DNA of 64,000 nucleotides from Moniliella sp. 'wahieum' (GCA_003971905.1 RSEE01000027.1:620001-684000), one strand, 5' to 3'. Positions 29,655 to 44,623 are shown, numbered from the stretch's first letter. Program-made: numbers and translations. Notes: generated from the sequence alone by a model not told the origin.

Positions 29655-29828
29655 GTGGTGTTTAGTGGCGCTGGTACCCTCAAGCCCACGCCCTTCCCCT
29701 TCTTTCCTTCCAATATTCCTATTCCTTCCGGAGGGCAGAAAATATTCTCTAGCCTCGATAGCCAGCTCATCACTGCATGTGCAACCTAATACACCATCAA
29801 CTGCCGTTCTCTGGTCTTCTACAAACGT
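29655..29828 (+). repeat. Dispersed repeat, copy 2 (degenerate)
   Basis: TGGTGTTTAGTGGCGCTGGTACCC..TATTCTCTAGCCTC..ATGTGCAA..AATACACCATCAACTGCC..CTCTGGTCT; shared with 34900-35062. Confidence 0.75.
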
Positions 29829-30034
29829 TTATCTATTCGCCAGCTTCTAGTGAGAAGCTTGAAGCTTGAAAAGCCAGGCCACCGCCAGCCCCCACGCCCG
29901 CCCAAAATATACCACCTCTCCCTCTCTCTGTAGGCCACCCAAAAACTACCCTAGGTATAGAAGAAACGAGGAGACCACCGGGCCTACGGCCCGGTCAGCT
30001 GGGGCTTCGCCCCAGCTTGGTTCTGCGTCGTCAC

Positions 30035-30126
30035 CGTAGCCACCGTTCCCCCGTCGCCACCTTAGCCACCGTTCCCCCCTTAGCCACCGTTCCCCCTTAG
30101 CCACCGTTCCCCCCTTCGCCACCGTA
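30035..30126 (+). repeat. ~18-bp minisatellite (TTAGCCACCGTTCCCCC)
   Basis: Three clean units and about two degenerate units, visible directly. Confidence 0.9.
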
Positions 30127-31086
30127 GTTATATCACCGATATCTCGGCTGCGGGTGGCTGGGAACGTGGCACCGGTCGGCACGTGTCTATGACGTAAAAG
30201 ATGCACGGCGGATCAATTTTGCGTATGACATTGGGATGACGCATTCATGTCAGCCCTGTCGGAGGCCAAGGGTAAAGCTTAAAGCATGAGTACCTGCTGA
30301 GCGGCTAAAGCGCTAAGTGCCAAAGGCTAACACTCTTCTGACGCATGTGACTGTCACATGTCACACGAACATGTCAGGGCGATTAACGATTGTCGATGTC
30401 AATGATCGATGATTGATTCTCGATCGACACTTGCTTCTTCTGGGTACCCGGTACCGTCTTGCTCGGTAGGGTACGGGTGGTACGTCTCAGCCCCACCGCT
30501 GCATCCGTTTCATGTGGGCGAGAGAATGAGATCGGGAATGTGCGATCGAAGTGAAAAGGTTAGGCCTTAGGTCTGACAGGATCCGAGAGACGGTCGAGAG
30601 GAGCATCATCTGCATCATGCATCAACGATGGTTGCTGGTTGCTGGTTAGCCTGATCGATAAGTGTGTCAACATGGGAATGCCGCGCGATAAGTTACGTAA
30701 GTTCCGCTTGGGTTGCAAAGTTGTTGCGTTGTCGGATCGCGTGAAAATTCGCGCAATCTGAATCAACCAGCACGGTTCCCGGCGTTCCTTCTTGCGGCGA
30801 CGCAAAGCTTCTCCACTTACCCACGTGGCAGGGCTTGGCAGGGCCTACTCAGTCTCACGCGGTGGCCACCCACGTACACCTATCTATCGCCCCCCTGGCC
30901 TCTCCACTAACTCTCCGACCCGATAGCCTCAGTGGTTCCGAATAGCAAGCCTATAGTCCACGAACGAAACACGCATGGGGCATTGGCAGAGCAAGGCACA
31001 TGAGCATAGAAGGGCAGACGATGCGATTTCGACCACCGCGGTACATTGGGCTTGCTTGGTTGCGAGGGAGGGCAGAGGGAGCGGGT

Positions 31087-32807
<1,721 letters not shown>

Positions 32808-34890
32808 GGCGGGGAGGGGGTGGTGGTGGTGGTGGTGGGGAGAAGCGCGGCGGGAAGACGGGGGCGGGAGCGGGCCTAATAACGGCCGCACGCGGCAGAC
32901 GGCGTGGGAGGCCAGGCAGCGGGCAGGAGGCGGGTGCGCGCGGACGACTGGCGCGGTGCTGGGCTGGCGCCAGTTCCGCCTCGCGCGGTGCGGGTCGGAA
33001 CCAATGTGCCGATCATGCGTCGCACGCACGGGGGCAGTGCCCGCGCCGCCGCCGGCCGCCATGGGCTCATCGGGGCCCCGAGCAGGCCATCCGCCGCGTC
33101 CACGCCAGGCAGGCCACCCGCCCGCCCGCAGCTGTCCCCGTCAGCGCGTCCGCCGTCCGCCGCTCCCATCGCGACGCTCGCCTCTCCCCCTCGCCGATAA
33201 GCGCCCACGCCAGCACGCCTGCCGCACGCACACTCACGCCCACGCCGCCAGCACCTCCCTCCGCTCGCACACGCGTCCCGATCCCTCCGGGTTGGCCAGC
33301 ACGCAGACTGGGATGCTGAGGACGCTGAGACCAGCAGCTAGTGTCCGGACGAACAGCAGGTAGATTTCAGCTTTCCAATGCATCCGTGTTGCCAGGCGCA
33401 GCGGCAGTGTGCCGCTGACAAACCGCTTGCCAAGCTGCCCTCGCCCGTGGACTCTCGAACCTCCAAACATTAATGAGCCCAGCTCGCAGCCCCGACGCAC
33501 CACTCTCCCCTCCTGCCCACACCGCCGCCCCGCCAGCCATCCACTGTCCTACCGTGGCACCTAGTACCCTCCCCTCGTCTCGGCGTACAGGCACCGAGAC
33601 AGGTTGGCAGCGCGAAAATGTCGCTCACCCGCCATCCAAGCAACAACCATCAGGCATCATTAATCAATCACGAATCAGACCACCCGGCGTGCCCTCTTCC
33701 GAGTCCCTCTTGCAAAAAGTGACGCTTGTGAGTTTTCAGTCCTGGTCCCTCTTAACCGTAATCATTCTCCACAATAGGCTGGTTTGGGCCCATGGCGCGC
33801 ATGGCGCATATATAGCCTACTCGTCTCGTAACAGCTGTGGGCAGGCTCAGTCGTGAGTACAAACCCGCAGAAATGAACGAGTGTGGAGATGGATCCCAAT
33901 CGGTTCATCCACCCTCTCTCGCCTCCGACCCGTCTTTCGCCTTGTGCGCATTTTCCATCGCCGCTAGGAGGGTGCAGATGGTACGATCGTGGTTCCCCCG
34001 CTCCACAGCCATGTATATGGGCTAGTGCTAGGAGTCAATCAGGCGCAACGTAATCATTAGTCACTCGCGTTTCATGAGAGCAGATGTGGTAGCCAGATAT
34101 GGTAATCAGCACAGTCTCTGCTTCGACAGCAAGAAACAAATCGGTTGGTTAGCCTGGTTAGCCTGGCCGGCTCAGCCTTGCTCGTCTGTGTGGGCAAACG
34201 ACAATGAGGAGACGGTCTTTCCTGCAGTATATATAGGTGCATGGCATACTACAGCCCACATACTACCTGCTCTCTGTGCGCCTGTTATCGGTTACCCCTT
34301 TGTTCTGACGGCACGAGAAAACACGAGAAGAGTGCGTTGAGACGAAGCAGAGAGGGGGCTGTCACTCTCAGCATAATAAACACTCTTCTTCGTGGCCCTA
34401 GAGAGACAGGGCTAGGCAATTCCTCCCAAAAAGGAAAGGGAAAACGTTTTTGGGATGCACCTTGCATCATAATTTCGTCACCATCCCAATCGACCATCGG
34501 TAATCATTGCTCGCTGAATTCAGTCTCGCGTCGTGCGAAAGCACGACCACCGCGGTCGGCATAGTCCAGCTCGATCTCCCTTTGCAAACAGGTAACAGTG
34601 GAATAAGGGTACAAGAAGAGGGGTGCCAATCAACAAGCAGAGGGCGTAAGGGTGCGCCTGGCCGACCGCACCATATACGCCGCTCCTTTGCGTCCAAAAT
34701 AGCAAGACGTAGAAGCTGCTGCTGCTTTCATCCGTGTGGCATTTGATCGCCAAGCTCATATCGCAACACATGGGGTATGGACCCATGCACTACCTATGAA
34801 AGGGGGGGGCGGTTTTAGCGTTTCCCCGAGGAGTGATATACTATCCATCTCGGCGCTATGTCTATAGGAACAAAAGGGCGAGCGGGGTGC

Positions 34891-35070
34891 GGCGCCACAC
34901 TGGTGTATTAGTGGCGCCGGTAGCCCAATAGCCCAGAACCTTCGGGTTCAACGTTCATTCTCGTTGCCATGCATTCCGTCCTAGCGGGAAGGAGTATTCT
35001 CTAGCCTCTGTACTTAGCTCATGTGCAAGGCAATACACCATCAACTACCTGCTCTCTGGTCTCTAACACG
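34891..35070 (+). repeat. Dispersed hairpin-headed repeat, copy 3
   Basis: GGCGCCACACTGGTGTATTAGTGGCGCCGGTAGCCCAA..TATTCTCTAGCCTCTGTACTTAGCTC..AATACACCATCAACTACC..CTCTGGTCT. Confidence 0.75.
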
Positions 35071-36560
35071 GTGAAACTATATTATAAACAGAAAAGCAGC
35101 TGTGTAATAGTCGGGCTAAGCGAGGGAGAAGAAAAAGATCCTGTCAGAGACGGGGAGCATAGCACGATCGTTCTCATGGGCGAAAACACGTGGCGTAGGC
35201 AAGAGCAAAAGGGAACGGACAAGGGAATGGGGAAAGCGAGATGCACGGCCTGTAGCTGTAGAATTGGAAATTGGAGCGGATCTTGAGTTCATTGGCCTCT
35301 GTGGCATGGTGACAGCTGCAATGCTCCTCGTACTAGTAATGTGTAAGTTATTAGGCGAAGTATATTGGGATCCCAGTATACCTCCGTCAATCTGCAGTGT
35401 TGTACAGGGGGACGTAGAAAGAACAAGAGACGCAAGAGGACCGAGTAGCCCCGTTCATCCCCCTTTTTCTCTTCCTATGTTGTACGCCCTGCAAACAACA
35501 TTAACTGGCAGTATCAGCAACAGTACGCGGAACTGCTATATGGTGCGTGAGCTATAGCGACGGGATGTCAGCGAGCCGAAATATCCCCAACTTTGCTGTT
35601 GCTATTGGGCCTTGGAAAGAGACGATGGGAGCGAGCACGGGCGAAGAGGGCGGGCCGACGATGGATAACAAATGGGAGCAACGTTGGTATCGCGCCATAT
35701 CAACCGCCGGGTACTCTATGATGCATGATGCTGTGGATACCTCTCTTACTACTCCCCGTCCATTCAGGCCTGCATTACAATGCAGAATGCATCATGAATA
35801 TCATGATGAGTCGCATATGCCTCTCTGAATGGCGCGTATCAAGTTCCAGGCTTTACCTTGCTCGTGTTTCTCATACTCGCCTGCACACAGGCATATGTCT
35901 GGAATCTGACTCTCCTTTTCGCGTTTGTTTGGACCAGTTTGCCCCAGACCATATCATACATGGCGGGGTTGTGCGTACCTGTGGTATGTGGTGATTGTGA
36001 GATGGTGGTACGCGGTACGGTTACATGTTACATGTTGAGCGCTGAGCCTCAGCGCTGATCCCCAAAAGCTATGCATACTATGTATATCCAACGGCGAGAC
36101 AGAAGCGCGGGTACCGAGTACTACAGTACCGAGCATACGGCATTCACAGCGCAGTCATCAGCACACACGCTCATCGTTAGTCCAAAGAGTGGTGCTGTCG
36201 GGCGAAAGGTGAAACCACCAGTGAGTGGTACGCTGCCCACTAGTAGGTGTATTACGGGCGTGCCAAAAAGGTGTGGGAACCGAGGCGCGCACCATACTAT
36301 AGACTACTATCTGCCCGACCATAATACGGTCCAGTGGGAGTGACCAGAGTGATTATGTGGGTGCATTTTTGTGAGACGCGCGTGTACACAGCCATCAGGC
36401 CTCCTCAGGCCTCAGGTGCCCCAACGACACCCATCCATTTCACCACTGCGCATCCTATGCAAAAGCTTTAAAGAATGCGGCCCATGGAACTTGTGACATG
36501 TATCATCATCTGAGACCCAAGGCGCGAGCGCCGAGAGGCTGTGCGGGAATGATTAATGAG

Positions 36561-36722
36561 CTAAACGTTAAACGTTAAACGTTAAAACGTTAATCGGCCT
36601 GTATTGACGGATGCCGATTAGGGAGGCCGCGGGGAGACGTGAGGCGTAAGGCGTAAGGCCTGTGACATGTGACATGTGACATGTGACATGTGAGGCCTGA
36701 GGCCTGAGCCTGAAGCTTAAGC
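36561..36722. repeat. Compound heptamer microarray
   Basis: (TAAACGT)x4, (AGGCGTA)x2, (TGTGACA)x4, (TGAGGCC)x2, TGAAGCTTAA. Confidence 0.95.
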
Positions 36723-38056
36723 CGGTGAGAGGTGAACCAGTGAGGTCGATTATCAAACAGGCCTATCAGTGTACCTCACCAGTACGCAAGGGTCAACCGG
36801 TCACTATTCAATGACGTTAATGGGACCAAGGCGTCCTAACTCAGAAGATCTCAGACCTCAGAGACTGCCTTACTTGGTTCTGTCGTCCTTTCGCGCCGTG
36901 CGCCTCTCAGATCTCACCGGCGTTGGACAATGATCATCGGGTTTACACAGGTGGCTTTTGCAAGAAAGAAGGGGATGTGTTGATCATGTTGGGGTCTGGC
37001 CCTGTCTGGCCTGGTCTGGCACGCGACAAAGCTGCGCGGGTGGAGCGCGTGTGGGGGTGACGCGGTGACAGTGACGGTCGTGCTACTACAGTGACGCGTG
37101 ACGGGGCTGCGTCGGATCGGTTGCGGCTGGCAAGGGCGAGACGCGTTGGCGAGCAGGGATGGTACCGTTGACGGGACATGGCAGTGGCGTGGCACTGGCA
37201 TGGCCTGTCGGGCACAATTGGCGACGGCAAACACGCCGTGCCAGCGCGCGCTGGCGAGCTGTGCAGGCAGGTCGCGGTGCGCAACCGTCGGCGCGCCAGC
37301 ATGCCTCTGCCTCTCCTGTGCGCTGTCTGGGGGGGGGCAGTGGGTGGCTGTGTCGTGGTAGGGTGTGGGCTGCCGGTTGCCGGGCAGCAGGTACCAGTAC
37401 CAGTCCGTGTCGATGGGGCGCCTGCTTCCCTGTGCCGTAGCCAATTAGCCAAGGGCCAGTTGCCAGCTCGCGCTACGGGTGGGTGCTCGGGTGGGCGGAT
37501 GGGTGACTCAGGCGCCGTGCCGTGCGACACGGTGACCTGGACCCAGCCGCGTGATCTCTTGGCTGGCACGCACCACATAATAAACGCTCAACCTAACCCC
37601 GCCGCTCTGCCTGTGCTCTGGCGGACGATGACCTCATCCGATCACCGACCGCCGCGCAGGCTGCCTGTCCGGCCGGGCGGAGTGGTGCCGTGCGACAGTG
37701 GCGCACACCGCCGCCGTGCGCTCGCGCCTATGCCCGCGCCGCGCCCTCCGGGCCTATGCCGGCGATCGCACTGGCGCCGTGCCGCCGTGTTCGGGGCGCT
37801 GGGATCGCCCGCACGCCGCACACGGCCAGCCCCCGCCGCGACACACCGACACACCCGCTGGCCAGCCAGACGCTGCGGAGCGTTTAGCGCCTTGTCGCGC
37901 CTGGCCCATTGGCCAGCATATATAACCTCAACACCCCCCCCCGTCTCGCCGTTCCATCCGATCCGTACTCAGTACTCATGTTACCCTTCCCTGGTTGCTG
38001 CCTGCCATGCACTCCCCATACCCATCCTCCCCTCACCCCTCCATCAGCCCCTCGCC

Positions 38057-39567
38057 ATGGACAGCAGCCACCCGTTCCCCGCCACCCCAGCCTCCGCCCT
38101 GCGCCCGTCCCTCCCGCTCTACATCCACAACACCACTTCCGCCTTCGCCCTCAATCCTGCACCTGCATCGGCCCCAGCCCACATCACATCCTTTGCAGCG
38201 GCCTCCAGTGCAGTCTCTACTGCCGCCCCCCCCGTGCCTGCCAGTCTGCCGACGGCGGCGGCGCTCGCGACGTCGGGGGCGTCAAGACGGTCATGGTGGC
38301 CGGTGCCCGTGAGCGCAAGCGGCACAACTCCTGGACGGGTGCCTCTCTGGGTGGCAGCCCGGCCAACGTGCAAGTTTCGCGGTGCGACCAAGCGGGTGTA
38401 CCAAAGCCTACGCCGGCCCCAATGCCGTCAGCAATCTCAAGCGCCACAAAGCCAATGTCCACCACATCCCCCTCTCGGCCCAGCCCCGGCACACGCGGTG
38501 GGATCGTAATCCCAATCGCCCCAAGGATGAGCAGGAACGGCGCGAACGCATGTTGGAAGCCAAGCGCAAGTATGCTCGCAAGGCGCGTGCCCGCCAAAAG
38601 GCGCAGCAAGCTGCTTCCCGCGCTGCTGGTCCTTCGCCTGCCGGGTTGGACCTGGGCTTGGGCCCGGGATGGCACCCCTTCACCGCTTGGTCCAGCCCAA
38701 GCCAGTGCCAGCCTGGGCCCGCTCCTTCCCATTCATGCCCCTCGACAAATGCCTGCTTCCCACCCGGGCCTCGTCTTTTATACCCCCAATGGCCCAGCCG
38801 GCGCTCCCATCCACCCATTCGTCGCACCCGCACTCGCATCCCGCTTTGCCTCGTTCCTACAGTGTTCCTACGACCAATATCCCGCTTCCTTCGGTCGGCA
38901 ACGAGCCCAATCTGATGCGTCCCATGACCGAAACGTGTTGCCAATTCGTTGGGCCTGTTGGGCGACCAATTTGCTTCCTTTGCTACGCTTGCCCCCCTGC
39001 CTCTTCTCTTCCTTTTAGCAGCAGTGACCTGTACCCTTTCCCCCCCCCGCACCCAATTCCAATAACGACACTCTTCCCCCTCGCCTTCCCATCCGCGCAG
39101 TTTCCCCCCCTTCCACGCTGCCGCCTACCCCTGCTTTCTCTTCCAGCTGGATGCCGCCCGCCTCGGATGAAAATGCCTTCTTCCCCGTTACCTTGCCCGG
39201 CGGCGACGATTCGGAGGTGGGCATGTCCAGCACCGACACCCAGCTCACCGTTCCGTCCCTTACCGCCTCCCCACCGCTTCGGAGCAAGTGCAACGCCGAC
39301 TTGGTGTCGGACTGGCCCGACCTCGTGCCCAGCTTGCCGGCGCCCTCGTCGGGGGCTCAGGAGCAGGACAAGCGCCACGGTGGCCCTGCAGACCCGACCG
39401 AGGAGGAGACGGACCTGTGGACCGTGGCTCCCCTGCTGCGCTCCCCCAGCAATTGGACCAGTCTGAGCCCGTGGAAGACGTTGCTGGCGCCTGCCGAGCC
39501 CGACAACACCTCCCCTTCCCGCCCCACCAACCGCAAGCGCGGGTGGGAGCGCGTGCGGTCGTGTTGA
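38057..39567 (+). CDS. Putative transcription factor with a single C2H2 finger and a basic helix
   Basis: Across one frameshift: CDQAGCTKAYAGPNAVSNLKRHKANVH, then EQERRERMLEAKRKYARKARARQK. Pro-rich flanks; end approximate. Confidence 0.65.
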
Positions 39568-42088
39568 TGCCGCCCCCGTGCGTCCAGCGGGCGCGGGCCC
39601 GGACCGTGGACCGTGGCACGTTCAGTTGAACTTGAACAGTGTTCGTTCTGCAGCGGGCTGGAAGGCTCCTGCCTATCGCAGTAATCGTGCCTCTCCAGCG
39701 CCGCTTCGCCATGGGATGATGGCGTTACGTTTTGTCTCTCGTTTTATTTTGTCTTGTTATTCTCGTGTGCCCGGCAGCGTGCAGTGGAGGAGGCGGTCTG
39801 GTGCCGTGCTGGACTCACATGCTCCATGCTCACATGCTCATGGTTGGTGCTGTGCTCTAGATATCCGTGTTCTGTTCCTCTCTTTTATGCTGTCCCCAGA
39901 ACTAAATTGAAGACATGCCAATCTGATTCCCCTGTGCCCACTCCCTTGATCCTGGTGGACTAGGACTAGTACCTAGTGACTCTGCCCTTTCTTAGTACAG
40001 ACAATTCGGTTCTTCCTTGCGGCCAACGGGGGGTATGGTGCATTGCTCCAAGCACTATATAATAATGGAGCATGACAGTGTAGCGTGCGTTGTGACATGC
40101 AGTACCGTTTGGACACTAGCTGTTACGCGTTCCAGGGCGCTGGCGGTTATCTCCCGATGCTGAGCCCGGCATGTCGTAGACATCTCAGACCAACACGCGT
40201 CCTGTTAAACTAGCGAGAGAGAGCCAGACGACATCTTGTCCATGCTGCGGATATCATCCGCGGCCCGCCAGGTAGCTTGGGCTCATCGGTACGATGCTTT
40301 GTGCCCATTGCGTCCAGTATTAGCAGAACCCTTCCTGCTGCGCCCGACTACGCAGCGTCGAAAGCAAGGGCTGTCATTTAGTAGTCTTTACCTCTCTGGA
40401 AAGCGCCCCGCATTCTGTCTATACCTGCCATGGGGCACTGAGGCCTGGTTCCTTCTGTTGTATGTAAGCAGCCATGTCTAAGGTTTGCTAGTTGTGGTCC
40501 TTGTCGACCATCCTGTCTTTGGTCTCCCCGACTACCCGTTCCTCTCTCTCCCTTCCACCTTCTACCACCCTTACGCTTACGAATTTACGACTTGCGTCGA
40601 GTACGCTGCAAACCGCGGTTACTCTCATCAGTAGCACTTGCTCTTCTTTAGGACTCTGTCTGTTCCCGCCTACTACAGCGTACCGAGCGCGGTAACGTTG
40701 CGAGGAACAGAGTAACTTCGGAGCTCCTGGACCCCTTCAGCTGGTCTAACGACCTAGGTACGCGGCTCCTACCTCGGAGGGTCGGAGCTGCGGCCTTTGC
40801 ACGCAGGCAGCCACCCAAACTATAGAGGGTCTCTCCCTCGCCTCTACACCCGCTCGGTTCAACGTTCAACGTTCAACCAGGATCTGGAGTAGGAGACCTA
40901 ACGTACGAGACACCGATTGGCCTGGTGGAAGGGCATGACTATGGACTATGGCGGGAGCAGGAGGGAGAACCGCACCTCTGGATCTTTTGGTTTGTTCGAC
41001 GTGTCGTGTCGCATTCTATCGTGTGATCTGACAAAGAAGCGACAGCCGATGCTAGAGAAACGGAAAGGAATGTGTGTTGTTGAACGTTGTGAACGTTGAA
41101 CGTTGACGCGTTGACGGGCTCCCACCCACGTCTGCTTTCTTATGATCGTCTGCATTAACCGGATTAAGCGGGGCCCAAAAGCACGTGTGCTCGATGGGGC
41201 CAATCACTTGATTAGAACGTGACGAGAGTGACTGGTGTGCCAGGGACAGGCCTCAGCGCCTCAGCCGGAGGGCCTGAGGATCGACAAAACTGTGTTGGGT
41301 TGCATCGTAGCGACGCGCCGGGAGATTGAAACAGAAACATGGATGTAGAAGTAGGTTGGATACTGAGTACTGAATGTTCAGTACGTTCAACGTCTAACGT
41401 CCAACCAACCAACACCTGTCACGCGTCACGCATCAACCACCGGCATCACTTGTCACGCGTGGTGCGTTCTGCCGGGTACGGTGCCAGCCACGGCCGCGCG
41501 AGCGCGAACAGGCTTCGGACGCGAAGCGACAGCCGTGCGCCCTCTGGCGCCCTGCGCGTGCCCGGCCCTGCCGCCGCGTGCCGGCCTGCCGCGTGCCGGC
41601 GCATGCGAGGGCCACGCCCAGGCGGGCACCTGCCCAGTCTGTGTTAAACGTTAACTGCGTGCGTTGCGTGTGCTGGTGTGCCTCTGTGATGCATGTGAGC
41701 CGAGAGACACTTGCGCCATGCTGTTCCGGCACGGCGGCAGCCCGCTGGGGCGCATTGCCCGCCCCGGCAGAGGGCCAGTCGGGGGCCAGCAGCCTCCGGC
41801 GGGGATCACGGGGTTGCCACGACGCCCCGATGTTGGGTGCTGCATGCGGGCAGACGCGGTGGGGCGACAGGCACAGCGCCGCTCTGGGCGGCACGGCATG
41901 CCCCCGTGCATCGCAGCTTTCCCAGAGCGCTTACTAGTGCGCAGGTGCCAGCCCATGCTCGCACCACGCCACACTAGGCACACGCGGCATGCTGCATGCG
42001 TGCCACCCGCACGAGTAGGCATCCTGCTCAAATACGCCCTCTGCCCCACCCCTGCCGCTCCCTTCCTGCCTCGCCCCACCACCCCGCC

Positions 42089-44623
42089 ATGCCTCTCCGT
42101 ACGTCCTCCTCCTCCTCCCCCCTGCTCCCCGCTGATCCTAACCCTTCCTCCGCTAGGTTCCCGCTCGGCGCCCAACGCGCTGCTGCGCACCGCCGTCGCA
42201 GCCACGGCCGCTGCTGTGACAGTCGCCAGCGTCGCTGCCAAGGGCTCGTCCCCTCGCCCTCCAATGGCGGTGCCCCCACCAGCTCCATCGACAACCCCGA
42301 CCTCTGGGACCTGGCCAACAACCACGCCAAGGCCGGCAATGCCGACACGCCTTCTACGGCAGCACCGACCTGTACGGCAACCCCATCTTCCTCAACGACT
42401 TTGACCCCGCCGCTCCCTTCCACGCCGACGCGGCGATGCAGTGCAAGGACAATGCCACTGGCCTCTCCCTCCAGAACCTGCGCCAGCACCCGCGTGTCAT
42501 GGTCCCCGGCTACCAGTGGGACTGCCTCTCGCAGCGCATCGCCAAGGACGGCTACCTGACCCTGATGAACGACAGCGTCTTTACCAACGCAACCAACTGG
42601 TACAACATGCCCCCTACCAACTATTCCATCGACGGCGGCTACGCTGGTTCGGGTATTTTGGACGTGGCGCGCGAGGTGCAACGCCGCGTGCGCGCCTGGG
42701 GCTATGCCTACCGCGTCACTGGCGACACGAAGTGGGCCAACCGTACCTGGACCGAGCTTCAGACTGCCGCCGGTAACACGTCCCAACCCTTTGGCCAAGG
42801 CCCGGCCCCGCTGCCAGACCAGCACTGGAACCCGGTTCTTCCTTGACACGGGTGAGATGACGGCTGCGTTTGCGATTGGCTATGACTGGCTCTACGACGC
42901 CTGGACGCCCCAACAGCGTGAGGCCATCCGTTGGTCCATCATCACTCTTGGTCTTACGCCTGGTCTCGAATCCTACAATGGGAACGGCACCATTGGCTGG
43001 TGGACCGAACCGGCCAACGGCGCCGGCAACTGGAACTGTGTGTGCAACTCGGGGCTGCTGCTCGGTGCCCTTGCGATCAATGGCGACGACGGGGATGACC
43101 CGCAGCACACGTCATCCCAGGTCCTGACCAAGGGTCTGGAGAACTTGCGTGACAACTGCTTCCAAGCTCCTTATGAGGATGGTACCTGGCCGGAGACTCC
43201 CAACTACTGGTACTTTGGCACCAATGCTGCCGCTCGCGTCGAGTCTGCTCTCATCTCGGCCACCGGTTCGAACCAAAACCTCAACACGGACTTTTACAAG
43301 ACTGGCTTCTTCCACATGTACGTCTCTGGCATGGCCGGCATGATGGCTTACGGCGACCACGGTCCCAACAAGTACTCGACCAATGCCAACGGCATGCTTT
43401 GGTGGGGCAAGCAATACAACCAGACCCTTCTCTCCCTCTTCCAGCGTGACCGTGCGGATGCGCTGGGCGACCCACTCGCGCTGTTCTGGTACGACGAGAC
43501 GGTCAAGGGTGCTTTCTGGAATGGTCTCCCGCTCGACCGCTTCTTTGACGATACGCGTGGCTCGTGGGTCTCCATGCGCTCTTCGTGGACCAACTGGAAC
43601 GGCACCTACCTTGCCATGAAGGCCTCCAACTTGACCGGTCACCAGACCCATGGCGATCTGGATGTGGGTGACTTTGTGTTTGATGCGATGGGAACCCGTT
43701 GGGCTGGCGAGTATGGCTCGGCGCAGTACCTTTCGGATGGTTACTTCTCGACGGAGGTGGAGACGTCGCAGCGCTGGACCTACTTCCGCAAGATGACCCA
43801 GGGTCAGAACACGATTCTGGTCGATGGCCTGAACCAACAAGTCAACTGCGCCCCGGTCAACAAGTTTGGTTCGACCAACGTGACCCAGTCGGCATCGGTG
43901 GACTATGCGCCCGGTGTCAACGACACGGCCTTCTTTGTGACGGACATGAGCTCGGCGTACAACCAGTCGGCTGGTTCGGTGCAGCGTGGAATTCGCTTCC
44001 TCAACGCGCGGCGGCAAATGCTGTTGCAGGACGAGATCAAGGGGGGCGTGGCCAAGTCGTCCCTCTCGTGGCACGTGCAGACCAACGCGACGGTGCAGGT
44101 CAACGGCAACACTGCTACCCTCACCATTTCTGACCTGGCCAACCCCAACGCGGCGACCGACGAGCTGTTCTACACGTTCCCGCAAAAAACAACTCAAGAT
44201 CACCATCCTCGAACCGGCCAACGCCACGTTCAAAACTGAGGGACCACCCGCAGGCAACACGGGGTGTACGTCAACAACTTTGGCGACCCTGTCAACACCA
44301 ACGTGACTCTGCTTACTATTGACTTGCCCACCACGTCGGACGTGACACTGCAAACGTGGTGGCAGCCGCAGTGGGACAACCTCGGAAAGGGCGACACGAC
44401 CCAACCGCCTTCGGTTGCGCTCGCCCAATGGTCCGTCGAGAGCCACAACGTGGTGGCCAACGCTACCTCGCCCTGGGGCAGCAACGGCGGCAACACCCCC
44501 TCCTCGTCGGCGGGATCTTCGTCTTCTTCTTCCAAGCCCAAGCACAGCTCGGCCGCCGGCCTGGTCGCCAAGCCGGCCGTGCTGCTTGCCGCTGTGCTGG
44601 GGGCGGTGGCGTACGTGCTCTAA
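42089..44623 (+). CDS. Heparinase II/III-family polysaccharide lyase (PL35-like), secreted, probably GPI-anchored
   Basis: LDVAREVQRRVRAWGYAYR, FLDTGEMTAAFAIGYDWLYD, GNWNCVCNSG, ETPNYWYFGT, HQTHGDLDVGDFVFDAMGTRWAGEYG. Hydrophobic N-terminus, Ser-rich linker and hydrophobic C-tail; short first intron ~42099-42156. Confidence 0.88.

Noticed and set aside
30035..30126. CRISPR array or telomeric repeat
   Set aside because: Eukaryotic context, no unique spacers, internal position and not TTAGGG.
40905..40950. LAWWK resembling the hAT transposase dimerisation domain
   Set aside because: Only five residues; downstream sequence lacks the remaining motif.
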